Source: Eledone cirrhosa (lineage: Eukaryota). Taken from it: DNA of 64,000 nucleotides. A model generated the notes under the pieces. The model made no database searches, was not told where the DNA came from, and saw only the letters and a program-made list of their open reading frames with translations. Positions within the stretch are counted from its first letter, which is position 1, and every line of letters begins with the position of its first letter. Shown here in pieces: positions 24,197 to 36,200 of the stretch. The position numbers and the translations under genes were made by a program. Location of the stretch: assembly GCA_964016885.1 (NCBI GenBank), contig OZ024766.1, positions 2,418,001 to 2,482,000 on the forward strand. The letters are read 5' to 3'.

Positions 24197-24383
24197 AACT
24201 GTTTCTACTTTAGGCACAAGGCCAGCAATTACCCCAGTACATTACTGGTACTTTATTTTATCGACCCCGTAAGGATGAAGGCAAAGTTAACCTCTGCGGG
24301 ATTTGAACTCAGATCGTAAAGGGACGTAACTATGCTGGAAAGCATGGCGTCCGACTCTCTACCGATACTGCCAATCTACCGCC
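24197..24383 (-). mobile_element. tRNA-derived SINE (Meta-like core) with target-site duplication
   Basis: A box TGGCAGTATCGG, B box GAGTTCAAATCCC, core ACTTTGCCTTCATCCTTACGGGGTCGATAAAATAAAGTACCAG; TSD tatacataaataac; empty site at ~19094. Confidence 0.85.
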
Positions 24384-24456
24384 ATTATATACATAAATAA
24401 CATTACAAATGCTTAGATAACATTATAAATAGCTCGTTTAGTCACTTACATATTAT

Positions 24457-24635
24457 CAGTATCGGTAGAGGGTCGGACGCCATGCTTTGACGCATAGAGT
24501 TACGGCCCTTGCCATTCTGAGTTCAAATCCCGCCGAGGTTAACTTTGCCTTTCATCCTTACGGGGTCGATAAAATAAAGTACCAGTAATACACTGGATAA
24601 TTGCTGGCCTTGTGCCTAACGTAGAAACAATTATA
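24457..24635 (+). mobile_element. Same SINE family
   Basis: B box and core; flanking ttata-atagctcg repeat. Confidence 0.85.
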
Positions 24636-24683
24636 TATAGCTCGCGATTCTTTCAGAAGGATATATTCTTTTAATGTTGCAAT

Positions 24684-24887
24684 ATGGATTGGCAGTATCA
24701 GTAGAGGGTCGGACGCCATGCTTTGCAACATAGAGTTACGGCCCTTTATGGTCTGAGTTCAAATCTCGCCGAGGTTAACTTTGCTTTTCATCCTTATGGG
24801 GTCGATAAAATAAAGTACCAGTCACGCACTGGGGTCGATTTAATCGACTTTCCCCAAAATTGCTGGCCTTGTGCCTATATAAGAAAC
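24684..24887 (+). mobile_element. Same SINE family, inside the CRE 3'UTR
   Basis: A/B boxes and core; caatat TSD. Confidence 0.85.
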
Positions 24888-24892
24888 CAATA

Positions 24893-25470
24893 TTAAAGAA
24901 AATATAAAGGAAGGGATGAACAATGGAGCCAACACCAGAGCAAAAGACAGCAGCGAGGGGGTACTGGGCAACCTCTCTAATGGTTTTTGAGGCAAGCCAG
25001 CACACTGGCAGCGCCGCCTCGGGTGATGGCGAGGCTGAGGTGGTGGAACAACCAAGTACCCTTGAGAGATTCGCCAGTTACCTCTATTAGGCGAGGCTGA
25101 GGTGCTGGAAGAAGCTGTATTAGGTGAGCCGTCAGTTACCTGTATTAGGTGAGCCGCCAGTGAAGAGAGGAACCTCGCAGTCAGCAGCCCGACTCCCCCA
25201 AACGTCTGGAAAGACACAGGCTGAAAAATGTAGCTCGCCGACAGATCAGAGTATTTGAGGGTCTTACTCCACTCAGCTGCGGAAGCTGTGGCTCTCGTCC
25301 TAACTGCACAGCATCCAGGATGTGGGAATAAGCAAAAGAGTCACTAACAGAGATGTCCCAGACAAGGTGCCTCCCTCTCGACCAGGGGCACAGGGTAAGG
25401 CTGTCAGGTCTTTTGCCGTCACTTCTGGACAACCCAGATGGTTCCAAGATTAAGGGGATGTTCGCCCAGG
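24893..25470 (-). mobile_element. CRE-like non-LTR fragment with restriction-like endonuclease motif
   Basis: EPSGLSRSDGKRPDSLTLCPWSRGRHLVWD, then FQPVSFQTFGGVG (frameshifted). Confidence 0.7.
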
Positions 25471-25740
25471 CTAAAGGTCAGGAGTCTATAGTGTTATTGA
25501 AATGAAGAAATACTATATCTGCTTTTGAAGGATCCGATGTTGATTTAATTAATTACCAACATCCATTTATTCTATAGGGAGATTAATTGGGTAAGAATAT
25601 ATTATTTCTAGTTGTGTCTTACTTGGTTGAAGAAACTAGTTATGACCACAGATTGAGGGGCTCTCGATAACCTGATGTAATGCTGTGTTTTGTCACACTA
25701 CTTAGAGGGCAACACTAACATTCTCTGTTGTAAGGTCTTA

Positions 25741-25953
25741 TTAACCCTTTAATGTTCAAACCGGCCAAAATTCTCTACCTCTTTCTGTTGAAATTGGCTG
25801 TAACTGGTCGCTCAAACTTGTAACTTGTTCTCAAAATAAATACTTTCAAAATCTCATAGATTCAATATTATATGAGATAATTATGTGAGGTAAAGCCTTT
25901 TACCATGAAAATATAATAGTATATATAAAATAATGTGAATGCTAAAGGGTTAA
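25741..25953. mobile_element. piggyBac-like MITE
   Basis: TTAA|CCCTTTA ... TAAAGGG|TTAA termini. Confidence 0.7.
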
Positions 25954-25981
25954 GGGACTACATATGCATTTTCAAGTTTGA

Positions 25982-26207
25982 ACATCTAACACCCATCTAA
26001 ATCTGTTATTAACACCATATGTAATGATATCATCTTGTTAGTAGTTTTAATACATCTAACACCCATCTAAATCTCTGTTATTAACACCATATGTAATGAT
26101 ACCATCTTGTAAATAGTTTTAATACATCTAACACCCATCTAAATCTCTGTTATTAACACCATATGTAATGATACCATCTTGTAAGTAGTTTTAATACATC
26201 TAACACA
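25982..26207. repeat. ~72-bp tandem repeat, 3 units
   Basis: acatctaacacccatctaaatct...gttttaat. Confidence 0.9.
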
Positions 26208-27634
26208 AACACTTTGTTGGTTTTTATATTGTTTGAAATTCTATTGAAATTTGTTATTTTTAAACCTGAAATATTAGAATATTTGAAAATCTCAAGGTAG
26301 TGTCATTAATTTTGATGGTGTCATTGACTCCCTAATGTAAAGTTACAAGAAAATTTTAAAATATTAAAACTTAGTTACAGAGAAAACTAAGTTTTCTATC
26401 AAATCAGTATCGAACTTATCAACTTATTGATTACTTGTAGGGCTTAAATTTAAGTCACTTGTTAGTATGATCGAGCAGATCTATATTGAAGGTGTTCCAA
26501 CAGTATCTATTTCTTTCTTTCTAAGTATATACAGTGTGCATTTTGGTGTCCTTCCGTTGACATAAACATGTAGAGAGTGATTTGGCTGCTATTTCTAGCA
26601 CTTCAAGCAACGAGGTAAGAGTCTCCCTAATTATTTCACTGGGTGATGCTGCTTGTTTTACCATGGGTTGGGTACAATTGACGGAGTGAATTGATATAAC
26701 TGAAGGTCTTTCTGAAGGTATTAAATTGTCAGGGACCTTTAACGTATGACACCGGTGTTTGCAGGAGAGTAAACGACACCATGTACCTGCTATCTTAATT
26801 ATAACTTTAATTAATCTAATTATATATTGTGTAGCAATTATCTCATGTTAAGGTGAAAGTTACTATTCTGTAGATAACATAGAGTGAGCTACATGTTCCA
26901 GAGTAGGTGTTCCATCTCCTACATGATTAAATATTTCATTTCATGAGAAACTACGCTACATCGTGAATTGGTTGTTCCACATTTTACAGGACAGTGAGAA
27001 ATAGGTTTAAATCACCAACATCTGAACAATTAGCTTTCCTGGTCTTTCTTGACTTTACATTTGGACTTGAAATATAAAGTACGTATTATTTGTATTGTTA
27101 ACACAGCAGATATTGTGTACTTTTCTACACTCCGTGGTAAACAAGCCTGGTTTATTAGGTCAACACACGTATACAGAAATAAACACGATAATATAGTCTG
27201 CCACCTCATCCCGAATATATACACACACACATTATTTCCGGTCATCAGTCTTATACTGTCATGTCTATTCTTACTTTACAGTTGTGTCAACTGAGAGTTC
27301 CATTATAATCTGTAGAAGGACGACTTTGATCAGAACATCTGCTATCGGTCATTTATAGACAAAACATCTTGTTTTAGACTACATAGCATCCATTAACTAT
27401 AGCCACCTTTCTTAACAAAAAAATAGAAGTATTTTCCTCTACATCAATATATATGTAGCACTTGGAGAGGACTCACTTTGCTACAAGAATGCTAGTGGTA
27501 TGTAGAAAATATATCTACATTGCATATTTTCCACATGTAAACATAGTCCTATGATATCTAAGACAAGAAACTGAACTGTAATATATTATAAATACAGATA
27601 TTTCTCAACTTTTAAGAATTCTTCAAGAATTACA

Positions 27635-28711
27635 ATGGAGGACGTTAAACCCTTGGACATTTCTACCACAGCTGTTTCTACCAATATAGATACAGTTATA
27701 CAGACATACAGTGGTGAGAAACCTTTACCTAGTGAAACATGTACTGAACAGGGATCATTACACAGAAATATTCCTGAATATAGCTGTGAGATTTGTAAGA
27801 AAACGTTTTCAACAAAAGATGAATTATCCACACACAAAAATATACATACTAAGAAAAAACTCTACGACTGTGAAATATGTGGGAAATCTTTCGTTAAAAC
27901 TTCTTATCTTGTAGACCATGTTCGATGTCACACTGGAGAGAAACCCTATCACTGTGAACTATGTGGAAAATCTTTTGTTAACACCAGTCACTTAAACACA
28001 CATAAAAAAATACACAGGGGAGAAAAACCCTTCCACTGCGAAATATGTGGGAAATCATTCACTCAAAAAACTAATCTTGTAGTTCACAAAAGAACACACA
28101 CTGGAGAAAAACCTTTTAAATGTGAAATATGTGAGAAATCTTTCACTCAAAATTCTAGTTTAGATATCCACAAACGTAGTCACACTGGAGAAAAACCCTT
28201 CCACTGTGAATTATGTGGTAAGTCTTTCACATCTAATTCACATCTTGCTGATCACAAACGAATACACACTGGTGAAAAACCTTTCCATTGTGAAATGTGT
28301 GGAAAATCATTTTCTTTTAATTCTAGTCTTACTATCCACAAAAGAACACATACTGGAGCAAATCTATTTTATTGTGAAATATGTGGGAAATCTTTTGTCT
28401 ATAATAGCGATTTAATAAAACACCAAAGAATACACACTGGAGAGAAACATTTTCTTTGTGAGATATGTGGGAAGTCTTTTACTCAGAATTCTACTCTTAT
28501 TCGCCACAAACATAGTCACACTGGAGAAAAGCCATACCACTGTGAAATATGTGGCAAATCTTTTGTCCAGAACTCTAGTTTAGATATTCACAACCGAATA
28601 CACACTGGGGAAAAACCTTACCATTGTGAAATATGTGGTAAATCTTTTGTCTCTAACAGTGATTTAAATAGACACAAACACACACACACTGGAGGGAAAC
28701 TTTTAAACTGA
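27635..28711 (+). CDS. C2H2 zinc-finger protein, family A (11 fingers), the only + strand gene
   Basis: 358-aa [16 protein letters not shown] leader, TGEKP-linked fingers. Confidence 0.92.
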   Translation: MEDVKPLDISTTAVSTNIDTVIQTYSGEKPLPSETCTEQGSLHRNIPEYSCEICKKTFSTKDELSTHKNIHTKKKLYDCEICGKSFVKTSYLVDHVRCHTGEKPYHCELCGKSFVNTSHLNTHKKIHRGEKPFHCEICGKSFTQKTNLVVHKRTHTGEKPFKCEICEKSFTQNSSLDIHKRSHTGEKPFHCELCGKSFTSNSHLADHKRIHTGEKPFHCEMCGKSFSFNSSLTIHKRTHTGANLFYCEICGKSFVYNSDLIKHQRIHTGEKHFLCEICGKSFTQNSTLIRHKHSHTGEKPYHCEICGKSFVQNSSLDIHNRIHTGEKPYHCEICGKSFVSNSDLNRHKHTHTGGKLLN

Positions 28712-28759
28712 AATGTAAGGTACCCTTCTCTTGCAAATTCGTACTTATTGTCTGGTCAC

Positions 28760-29210
28760 CTCTTCTTTATGGCTGCGAATCAGACACGGAGATACTGTGT
28801 GTCTACCAGGATGTATTTCTATTGCAGAATACTCAGGATCTTTACACCGACTGAGTAAATAATGAAGAGGTTTGGAAGAGAGTGTGGATGGAACGTGAGA
28901 TACTGTTCACTATTATAAAGAGACAACTAATGTTCCTAGGACATGCCATCAGGAAAGACATGCTGGAAGACCTTTCTATTAGCGGAAAAATTCCTGGGAA
29001 GTGTGCCAGAGGTCGTCAAAGGAGGTCCTTTTTTGACAATTTCAACATCAAAGCTGCAGAAGTGTGGGATCTCACCCGAGATTGACAAGTGTGGAACATC
29101 AAGGTTCTGTTTGTGCCCTCACTGATACAGTGGGGGCACAAAAAGAAGACTTATTGTCCAACCCATCCTATCTGGGAAAGGAGACATTAAAATGACAATG
29201 ATGATGATAT
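28760..29210 (+). mobile_element. RTE-clade LINE remnant just 3' of the + strand ZNF
   Basis: NNEEVW...KRQLMFLGHAIRK...GKIPGKCARGRQRR; (GAT)n tail near 29200. Confidence 0.7.
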
Positions 29211-29569
29211 CTACCAATATTTGAGAGTATTTATGGGGAAATATATGTCCCCGAAAATCAAAGATTCAACGATGTCACCATCATATGGATTCTCCCTGAA
29301 ACTTGCATTGAGGGTACACATTACTATGGAATATTCAGCCACATGCTCATTAATTGGACTAACTCTATCAGGTATTTTATCACAAGGCTATTACACAGTG
29401 CTGTATTTATCAAGATAAATGACCACCACTTATGATGACTCTTCAGAATGGAAGTCTTAACAGCTCTACATATTTCAAACATTGCTTGCTTCATTTTAAT
29501 TTTTATTTGGAATAAAAATCTTGCTCATATTTGATCCTTGTCTCCTTAAATTTTAGCATTTCTTCTCCT

Positions 29570-30490
29570 TCTGGGGAAGTTTTTTTTGGGGTAGAGCCCT
29601 CAAACACACCTTCCAGTGGGTCCTGTCTCCAATTGATCCAGCAAGAACCCCAAGCGAAACCAGCTGAGTTCATGGATGTTATCCAACCATCTTGTTCAAG
29701 TCTACCGCTGGGTCTCCTGCCACTTGGTTTTGCCTGTAAAATCTGCCCAGCGATTCTTTCCTGAGACATTCTAACCACATGTCTGTAGTATCAGAGCTGT
29801 GATCTCTCAATTCAGAGATTCTTTCCTCAGACATTCTAACCACGTCTGTAGTATCAGAGCTGTGATCTCTCAATCCAGCGATTCTTTCCTGAGACATTCT
29901 AACCACATGTCTGTAGTATCGGAGCTGTGATCTCTCAATTCAGAGATTCTTTCCTCAGACATTCTAACCACATGTCTGTAGTATCAGAACTGTGATCTCT
30001 CAATTCAGAGATTCTTTCCTGAGACATTCTAACCACATGTCTGTAGTATCAGAGCTGTGATCTCTCAACCCGGAGATTCTTTCCTGAGACATTCTAACCA
30101 CATGTCTGTAGTATCAGAGCTGTGATCTCTCAATTCAGAGATTCTTTCGTCAGACATTCTAACCACATGTCTGTAGTATCAGAGCTGTGATCTCTCAATC
30201 CAGAGATTCTTTCCTGAGACATTCTAACCACATGTCTGTAGTATCAGAGCTGTGATCTCTCAATCCAGAGACATTCTAACCACATGTCTGTAGTATCAGA
30301 GCTGTGATCTCTCAATCCAGAGATTCTTTCCTGAGACATTCTAACCACATGTCTGTAGTATCAGAGCTGTGATCTCTCAATCCAGAGATTCTTTCCTGAG
30401 ACATTCTAACCACATGTCTGTAGTATCAGAGCTGTGATCTCTCAATTCAGACAGAGAAGTAGCAGCTCTACCTGGAGTGACTCTCTGATT
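29570..30490 (-). mobile_element. RTE-like LINE remnant containing a 65-bp minisatellite (~11 units, 29750-30450)
   Basis: HVVRMSQERIAGQILQAKPSGRRPSGR; units at 29761, 29826, 29889, 29954, 30019 ... Confidence 0.8.
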
Positions 30491-30997
30491 TCCAAGAAAT
30501 GAAAGATTGTTTAACCCTTTAGCATTTAAACCGCCCATATCTTACGGTGTCGATAAAATAAAGTACACCAGTAATGCACTGGCGTTCGATTTAATCGAAT
30601 TTCCCCTCCCCTAGAATTACTGGCCTTGTGCCTATATAAGAAACAATTATTAGTTATACCAGAGGCCTTCAAACTTTTTGGCTCACCGCTCTCCCACCCA
30701 CAGAATACCTTCAGCCCCCCCCCCCCCTATTTCCAAAGAGACATGCTTACACGCTAATTGCAAATAATATATAATAAACAAAATTACAAATATTATATAT
30801 TTTTTATTTTACTATATTTATATATATATATATATGTATGTATCATTTGATATTTAACATACTATTATATCATCTCTGCTGCCCCCTGGAGGGGCAGTAT
30901 ATATTAACAGGGAAAAGTAGAAAAATAATTTAATCAAAAACAATTTACAACACTTGCTACATAACATTTGACAGGTAAATCTTTTGAATTGATAGAG

Positions 30998-32212
30998 CTA
31001 CTGCCCTGAATGAATATCTATATGTCTAGTTAAGTTACTTTTTTGAGAGAATGATTTATCACAGATATCACAGTGATATGGCTTCTCTCCTGTATGAGTA
31101 CGTCTGTGTTTAGTTAAAGTACCATTCGCAGAGAATGATGTACCACAGATATCACACTGATATGGTTTCTCTCCTGAATGAATACGTTTGTGTTTAGTTA
31201 AGTCAGTACCCCCAGAGAATGATTTACCACAGATATCACAGTGATACGGTTTCTCTCCTGTATGAATACGTTTATGTTTAAATAAGTTAGCTGCATGAGA
31301 GAATGATTTACCACAGACATCACAGTGGTATGGCTCCTCACCTGTATGAACACGTTTATGATTAGTTAAGATACTACGTATAGAGAAAGATTTTCCACAA
31401 ATCTCACAGTGATATGGCCTCTCTCCCGTGTGAACATACTTGTGAATAGTTAACCTACTTCTTTCAGTGAAAGATTTACCACAAATTTCACAGTGATATG
31501 GCTTCTCTCCTGTGTGAACATACTTGTGTGCAGTTAATGTACTTCTTACAGAAAATGATTTGCCACAGTCATGACAGTGATATGGCTTCTCTCCTGTATG
31601 AGTACGCTTGTGTGTAATTAAAGCAGTTGTACAAGAAAATGAATTTCCACAGACATCACAGTGATATGGCTTCTCACCTGTATGAGTACGTTTATGAGCA
31701 GTCAGGTTAACATTTTGAGAGCATGATTTACCACAAATATCACAGTGGTATGGTTTCTCTCCTGTATGAATTCGTTTGTGTTTAATTAAGGTACTTTTGT
31801 CAGAGAATGATTTACCACAGATGTCACAGTGATGAGGTCTCTCGCCTGTGTGAATGCGTTTGTGAAAAGTCAACTTCTTTTTTTCATAGAATGATTTATC
31901 ACAGATATCACACTGGTATGGCTTGTCACAGATATCACTGGGATATGTATTCTCTTCTCTATGAATATATTTATGTGTAGTTAAGCTAGATGTATGAGAG
32001 AATGATTTACCACAGATATCACAGTGATATGGTTTCTCTCCTGTATGAGTACGTTTGTGTATATTTAAGTTACCTTTTTGAGAAAATGATTTACCACAGA
32101 TATCACAATGGTATGGTTTCTCTCCTGTATGAATATATTTATGTGAAATTAAATAATCTTTCCGAGAGAATGATTTACCACAGACATCACAGTGATGTGA
32201 TGTTGCTTCCAT
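30998..32212 (-). CDS. C2H2 zinc-finger protein, family B (14 fingers)
   Basis: Frame open to 32293; first ATG at 32212 ([11 protein letters not shown]); [11 protein letters not shown]-type fingers; one partial finger remnant (YPSDICDKP). Start uncertain. Confidence 0.88.
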   Translation of the reverse strand: MEATSHHCDVCGKSFSRKDYLISHKYIHTGEKPYHCDICGKSFSQKGNLNIHKRTHTGEKPYHCDICGKSFSHTSSLTTHKYIHREENTYPSDICDKPYQCDICDKSFYEKKKLTFHKRIHTGERPHHCDICGKSFSDKSTLIKHKRIHTGEKPYHCDICGKSCSQNVNLTAHKRTHTGEKPYHCDVCGNSFSCTTALITHKRTHTGEKPYHCHDCGKSFSVRSTLTAHKYVHTGEKPYHCEICGKSFTERSRLTIHKYVHTGERPYHCEICGKSFSIRSILTNHKRVHTGEEPYHCDVCGKSFSHAANLFKHKRIHTGEKPYHCDICGKSFSGGTDLTKHKRIHSGEKPYQCDICGTSFSANGTLTKHRRTHTGEKPYHCDICDKSFSQKSNLTRHIDIHSGQ

Positions 32213-32464
32213 GTCTTCAAGATAAAAATCTATCTTCCTTTTTTCATCACAGTGAAAGCGTGTGGTTTCGCCATTAGAAAATTGGATTCTCAATAGGAAG
32301 TTTACGAATTCAATTTTCAGACCTGGCGATGCGTTATGTCCTTGAGCAAGACACTTTATTTCATGTTACTCCTTCAACCTGGAGTTGTGACCGATAGATA
32401 GTATCAGCAATGGAAACATTGAATTAGGTCTGTGAATTAGATGTACTTCTTTAACCACAGGAGC

Positions 32465-32745
32465 GATGCTAGAGCTGTGAAATCTTGCATTCATTAATTT
32501 CAACTCTTCTTATTAATAACTGCATTGTTTCTTTCCAGGGACTGTGTTGAAAAATAAACCTCATTTGGTCATTCCATGAGAGTATCTTGGTCAGCCTATG
32601 AAGGAGTGATGCTAGAGCTGTGAAATCTTGCATTCATTAATTTCAACAATTCTTATTAATAACTGCATTGTTTCCTTCTTGGGACTATGTTGAAAAATAA
32701 ACCTCATTTGGTCATTCCATGAGAGTATCTTGGTCAGCCTATGAA
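32465..32745. repeat. 143-bp direct duplication
   Basis: gatgctagagctgtgaaatc...cagcctatgaa twice. Confidence 0.9.
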
Positions 32746-32914
32746 CTTTTCAGTCAGCCTTCGTAAATTTGCCAAGTTTAAATAAAATAGCTGCCTTATA
32801 GATCTCGCAGTAAAATGTTGCTGTAAGTCCCAGTTCAGAAAAAATATTTCATGAATTTCTTTTTATGCCACTGTCATGTGATATTCTGAAATAATAAAGA
32901 AACTATTAATTCTT

Positions 32915-33401
32915 TTGTTACCAAAACCAGCTCTGGTTCTATCAAATAAAACCACCTATTTTAACCCTTTAGTTACCAACCCAGCCAAAACCACCTATTT
33001 TAACCCTTTAGTTACCAACCCAGCCAAAACCAGCTCTGGTTCTATCAAATAAAACCCCCTATTTTAACCCTTTAGTTAGCAACCCAGCTCTGGTTCTATC
33101 AAATAAAACCCCCTATTTTAACCCTTTAGTTAGCAACCCAGCCAAAACCAGCTCTGGTTCTATCAAATAAAACCCCCTATTTTAACCCTTTAGTTAGCAA
33201 CCCAGCTCTGGTTCTATCAAATAAAACCCCCTATTTTAACCCTTTAGTTACCAACCCAGCCAAAACCATTAAATTAAAATCTTCCGACATGATTTTATAC
33301 AAGAACCCTACATTAAGTTACTATCTTAGTAATGAAAAAATTAATAATTGTAGTAAATCTTTCAAAATTCTTCATTAGAGATGTGGTGATGAAAAGGTTA
33401 A
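32915..33401. mobile_element. piggyBac-like MITE with its left end reiterated ~6 times
   Basis: ttaaccctttagtta[c/g]caacccag repeats; right end aaaaggttaa. Confidence 0.55.
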
Positions 33402-33421
33402 GATACAACTGCAAAAGCATT

Positions 33422-33640
33422 CCTGCCAGATACAGTCCTATACGAGTGAGACCCTGTCAGATACAGTCCTATACGAGTGACACCCTGTCAGATACAGTCC
33501 TATACGAGTGAGACCCTGCCAGATACAGTCCTATACGAGTGAGACCCTGCCAGATACAGTCCTATACGAGTGAGACCCTGTCAGATACAGTCCTATACGA
33601 GTGAGACCCTGTCAGATACAGTCCTATACGAGTGAGACCC
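33422..33640. repeat. 31-bp minisatellite, 7 units
   Basis: ccctgtcagatacagtcctatacgagtgaga. Confidence 0.95.
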
Positions 33641-33846
33641 GGTCACCCAATCTTGATACCAGTAGAATTTGACCAGGAAGAAAGCTATATAGGTGTTATC
33701 TCAACGACCTTCTTACTGGATCTTCAGACACGATAATTAAAAGTTGCCATGTGTTAGACGGTGCTTCACAGTACTGCTAACAAGAAACATGAACAAAACA
33801 ATTCTCACCAAAGAAACATCGAAGGTTCTAAATGGCGACATTTTCT

Positions 33847-33852
<6 letters not shown>

Positions 33853-33881
<29 letters not shown>

Positions 33882-34015
33882 ATTTTGAGGTGATTCATTG
33901 AAAACACGAAAAAAAAAAAAAAAATGATTTTGAGGTGATTCATTGAAAACACGAAAAAAAAAAAAAAATGATTTTGAGGTGATTCATTGAAAACACGCAA
34001 AAAAAAAAAAAAAAA
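33853..34015. repeat. Poly-A-separated 29-bp repeat, 3 units
   Basis: An-tgattttgaggtgattcattgaaaacacg. Confidence 0.9.
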
Positions 34016-34084
34016 TCTAGGAAAAATTACTATTTCCCACTGATCGACTGACAGGTGTTTTTACAGTAAATCTACCTTAATCCT

Positions 34085-34715
34085 TTAACATTTACATAAC
34101 TCTATAAATACTATTGTATTTTCACAGTAAAGGCTTTACCTCACATAATATCTCACATAACATTTACATTACTCTATATATACTATTGTATTTTCACAGT
34201 AAAGGCTTTACCTCACATAATATCTCACATAACATTCACATTACTCTATATATACTATTGTATTTTCACAGTAAAGGCTTTACCTCACATAATATCTCGC
34301 ATAACATTTACATTACTCTATATATACTATTGTATTTTCACAGTAAAGGCTTTACCTCACATAATATCTCACATAACATTTACATTACTCTATATATACT
34401 ATTGTATTTTCACAGTAAAGGCTTTACCTCACATAATATCTCACATAACATTTACATTACTCTATATATACTATTGTATTTTCACAGTAAAGGCTTTACC
34501 TCACATAATATCTCACATAACATTTACATTACTCTATATATACTATTGTATTTTCACAGTAAAGGCTTTACCTCACATAATATCTCACATAACATTTACA
34601 TTACTCTATATATACTATTGTATTGTCACAGTAAAGGCTTTACCTCACATAACATTTACATTACTCTATATATACTATTCTATTTTCACAGTAAAGGCTT
34701 TACCTCACATAATAT
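34085..34715. repeat. 72-bp minisatellite, ~9 units, MITE-end derived
   Basis: Unit matches reverse complement of 25870-25953. Confidence 0.9.
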
Positions 34716-35154
34716 CGAATCTATAAACTTTTGATATTATATATTTTGAGAGCAATACCTTAATATCAGTATGAGTAGCAAGGTACAACAGGTTTGAAGA
34801 GAAAGGTCAGAGAATTCTGGTCAGATACGACTGGTTTAAATTGAAACACATTTAAACTAGAATAACGATAGCGTTAGTTTACCTGAAACAAGATACAGCT
34901 TTATATAAAATATATATTATAATGTAAGGTGGATTAACTAGACAGAGGTTAATTACATAATATAGATAACCTTAATTTACCTGAGACAACAAAAGTACCA
35001 CTAGATATAACATATATATATATATATATGAAATAATAGCGAATGTGTGTATATAAGATTCATTACACTTGTTTTATTAAAAAGAAAACTTGGTTTTGTA
35101 CCATTTTTCTATATAAAATACTACGATTTGACGTCATTTTACGGCCATTTATGA

Positions 35155-35562
35155 TCCGAGTTCAGATCCCGCCGAGGTTAACTTTGCCTTTCATCCTTAC
35201 GGGGTCGATAAAATAAAGTACCAGTAATGTACTGGGGTAATTGCTGGCCTTGTGCCAAAAGTAGAAGCAATTATTATAATACAAGGAAGTAAACAACAGG
35301 ATTAAATAGACGGAGGTAATTTAAAATAATAAAGACACTCATAATAACAGTTGATAGTAGAGGCACAAGGCCAGCAATTTGGGGGGAGGGAAAAGTCGAT
35401 TAAATCGACACCAGTGTATTACTGGTACTTTATTTTATCGACCCCGTAAGGATGAAAGGCAAAGTTAACCTCGGCGGGATTTGAACTCAGATCGTAAAGG
35501 GCCGTAACTCTATGCTGCAAAGCATGGCGTCTGACCCTCTACCGATACTGCCTACCCACCGC
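35155..35562. mobile_element. Inverted pair of the same SINE (35155-35275 +, 35360-35562 -)
   Basis: Core sequence on both strands. Confidence 0.8.
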
Positions 35563-35584
35563 ACTAAAGACAGTCATAATAACA

Positions 35585-35850
35585 ATAATTTTTCAGCCTG
35601 TGGCTTTCGAGACGTTTGGGAGGAGTCGGGCCGCTTGACTGCGAGGTTCCCCTCTTCACTGGCGAATCTCGCGGAGGCGCTTGGCTGTTTCAGCACCTCA
35701 GCCTCGCCATCACCCGAGGCAACGCCGCCAGTGTGCTCGCTTGCCCAGTACTTCTCGTTGCTGTCCTTTGCTCTGGTGTTGGCTCCGTTGTTCACCCCTT
35801 CCTTTACATTTTCTTTAATATTGCAACATTAAAAGAATATATCTTTCAAA
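35585..35850 (+). mobile_element. CRE-like 3' fragment (another at 45575-45750)
   Basis: AWLFQHLSLAITRGNAASV; 3'UTR matches 24660-24960 reverse complement. Confidence 0.65.
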
Positions 35851-36070
35851 CAATCTATTTTATATCACATGTAACAGTAGAATCTAGCTATTGTAAAATA
35901 AGACAACATTTCAGTCTAGAAGTATTTTCCTGTATATAAAAGTGACGAGGAAGAAATATGTCCAAAGTTGTTAAATATTTTCACTTGTATATAATTACTG
36001 TATCGTTGAAAGGTTCACATAATTCTATTATTTACACACATTATTATAGACTTCAAGTAAATCTTTCTCA

Positions 36071-36200
36071 ACTTACCCTTTTCCCATGTAATCAATGTGT
36101 TGTCTTCTTATATTTTATTAAACAAAGAAATAATCTCCTTGTTGTTGTTTAATTAGAAATGTCAAAGATTGTCTCACCTTTTCTTTGTCCGCCATTGTTG
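36071..36200 (-). promoter_or_regulatory. Putative first non-coding exon of family B (YY1-like AATGGCGG, donor G|GTAAGT at 36076); copies at 47058-47160 and 55223-55350
   Basis: ~350-bp block seen 3 times, each upstream of a family B gene; consensus donor on the gene strand. Confidence 0.55.

Noticed and set aside
26922-27030. Possible C/D snoRNA (ATGATTA ... CTGA) in the conserved block
   Set aside because: Imperfect C box, no terminal stem, no recognised rRNA complement, and it spans a likely splice acceptor
34114-34734. 206-aa repeat ORF; also 48985-49581
   Set aside because: Products of the 72-bp and 78-bp arrays
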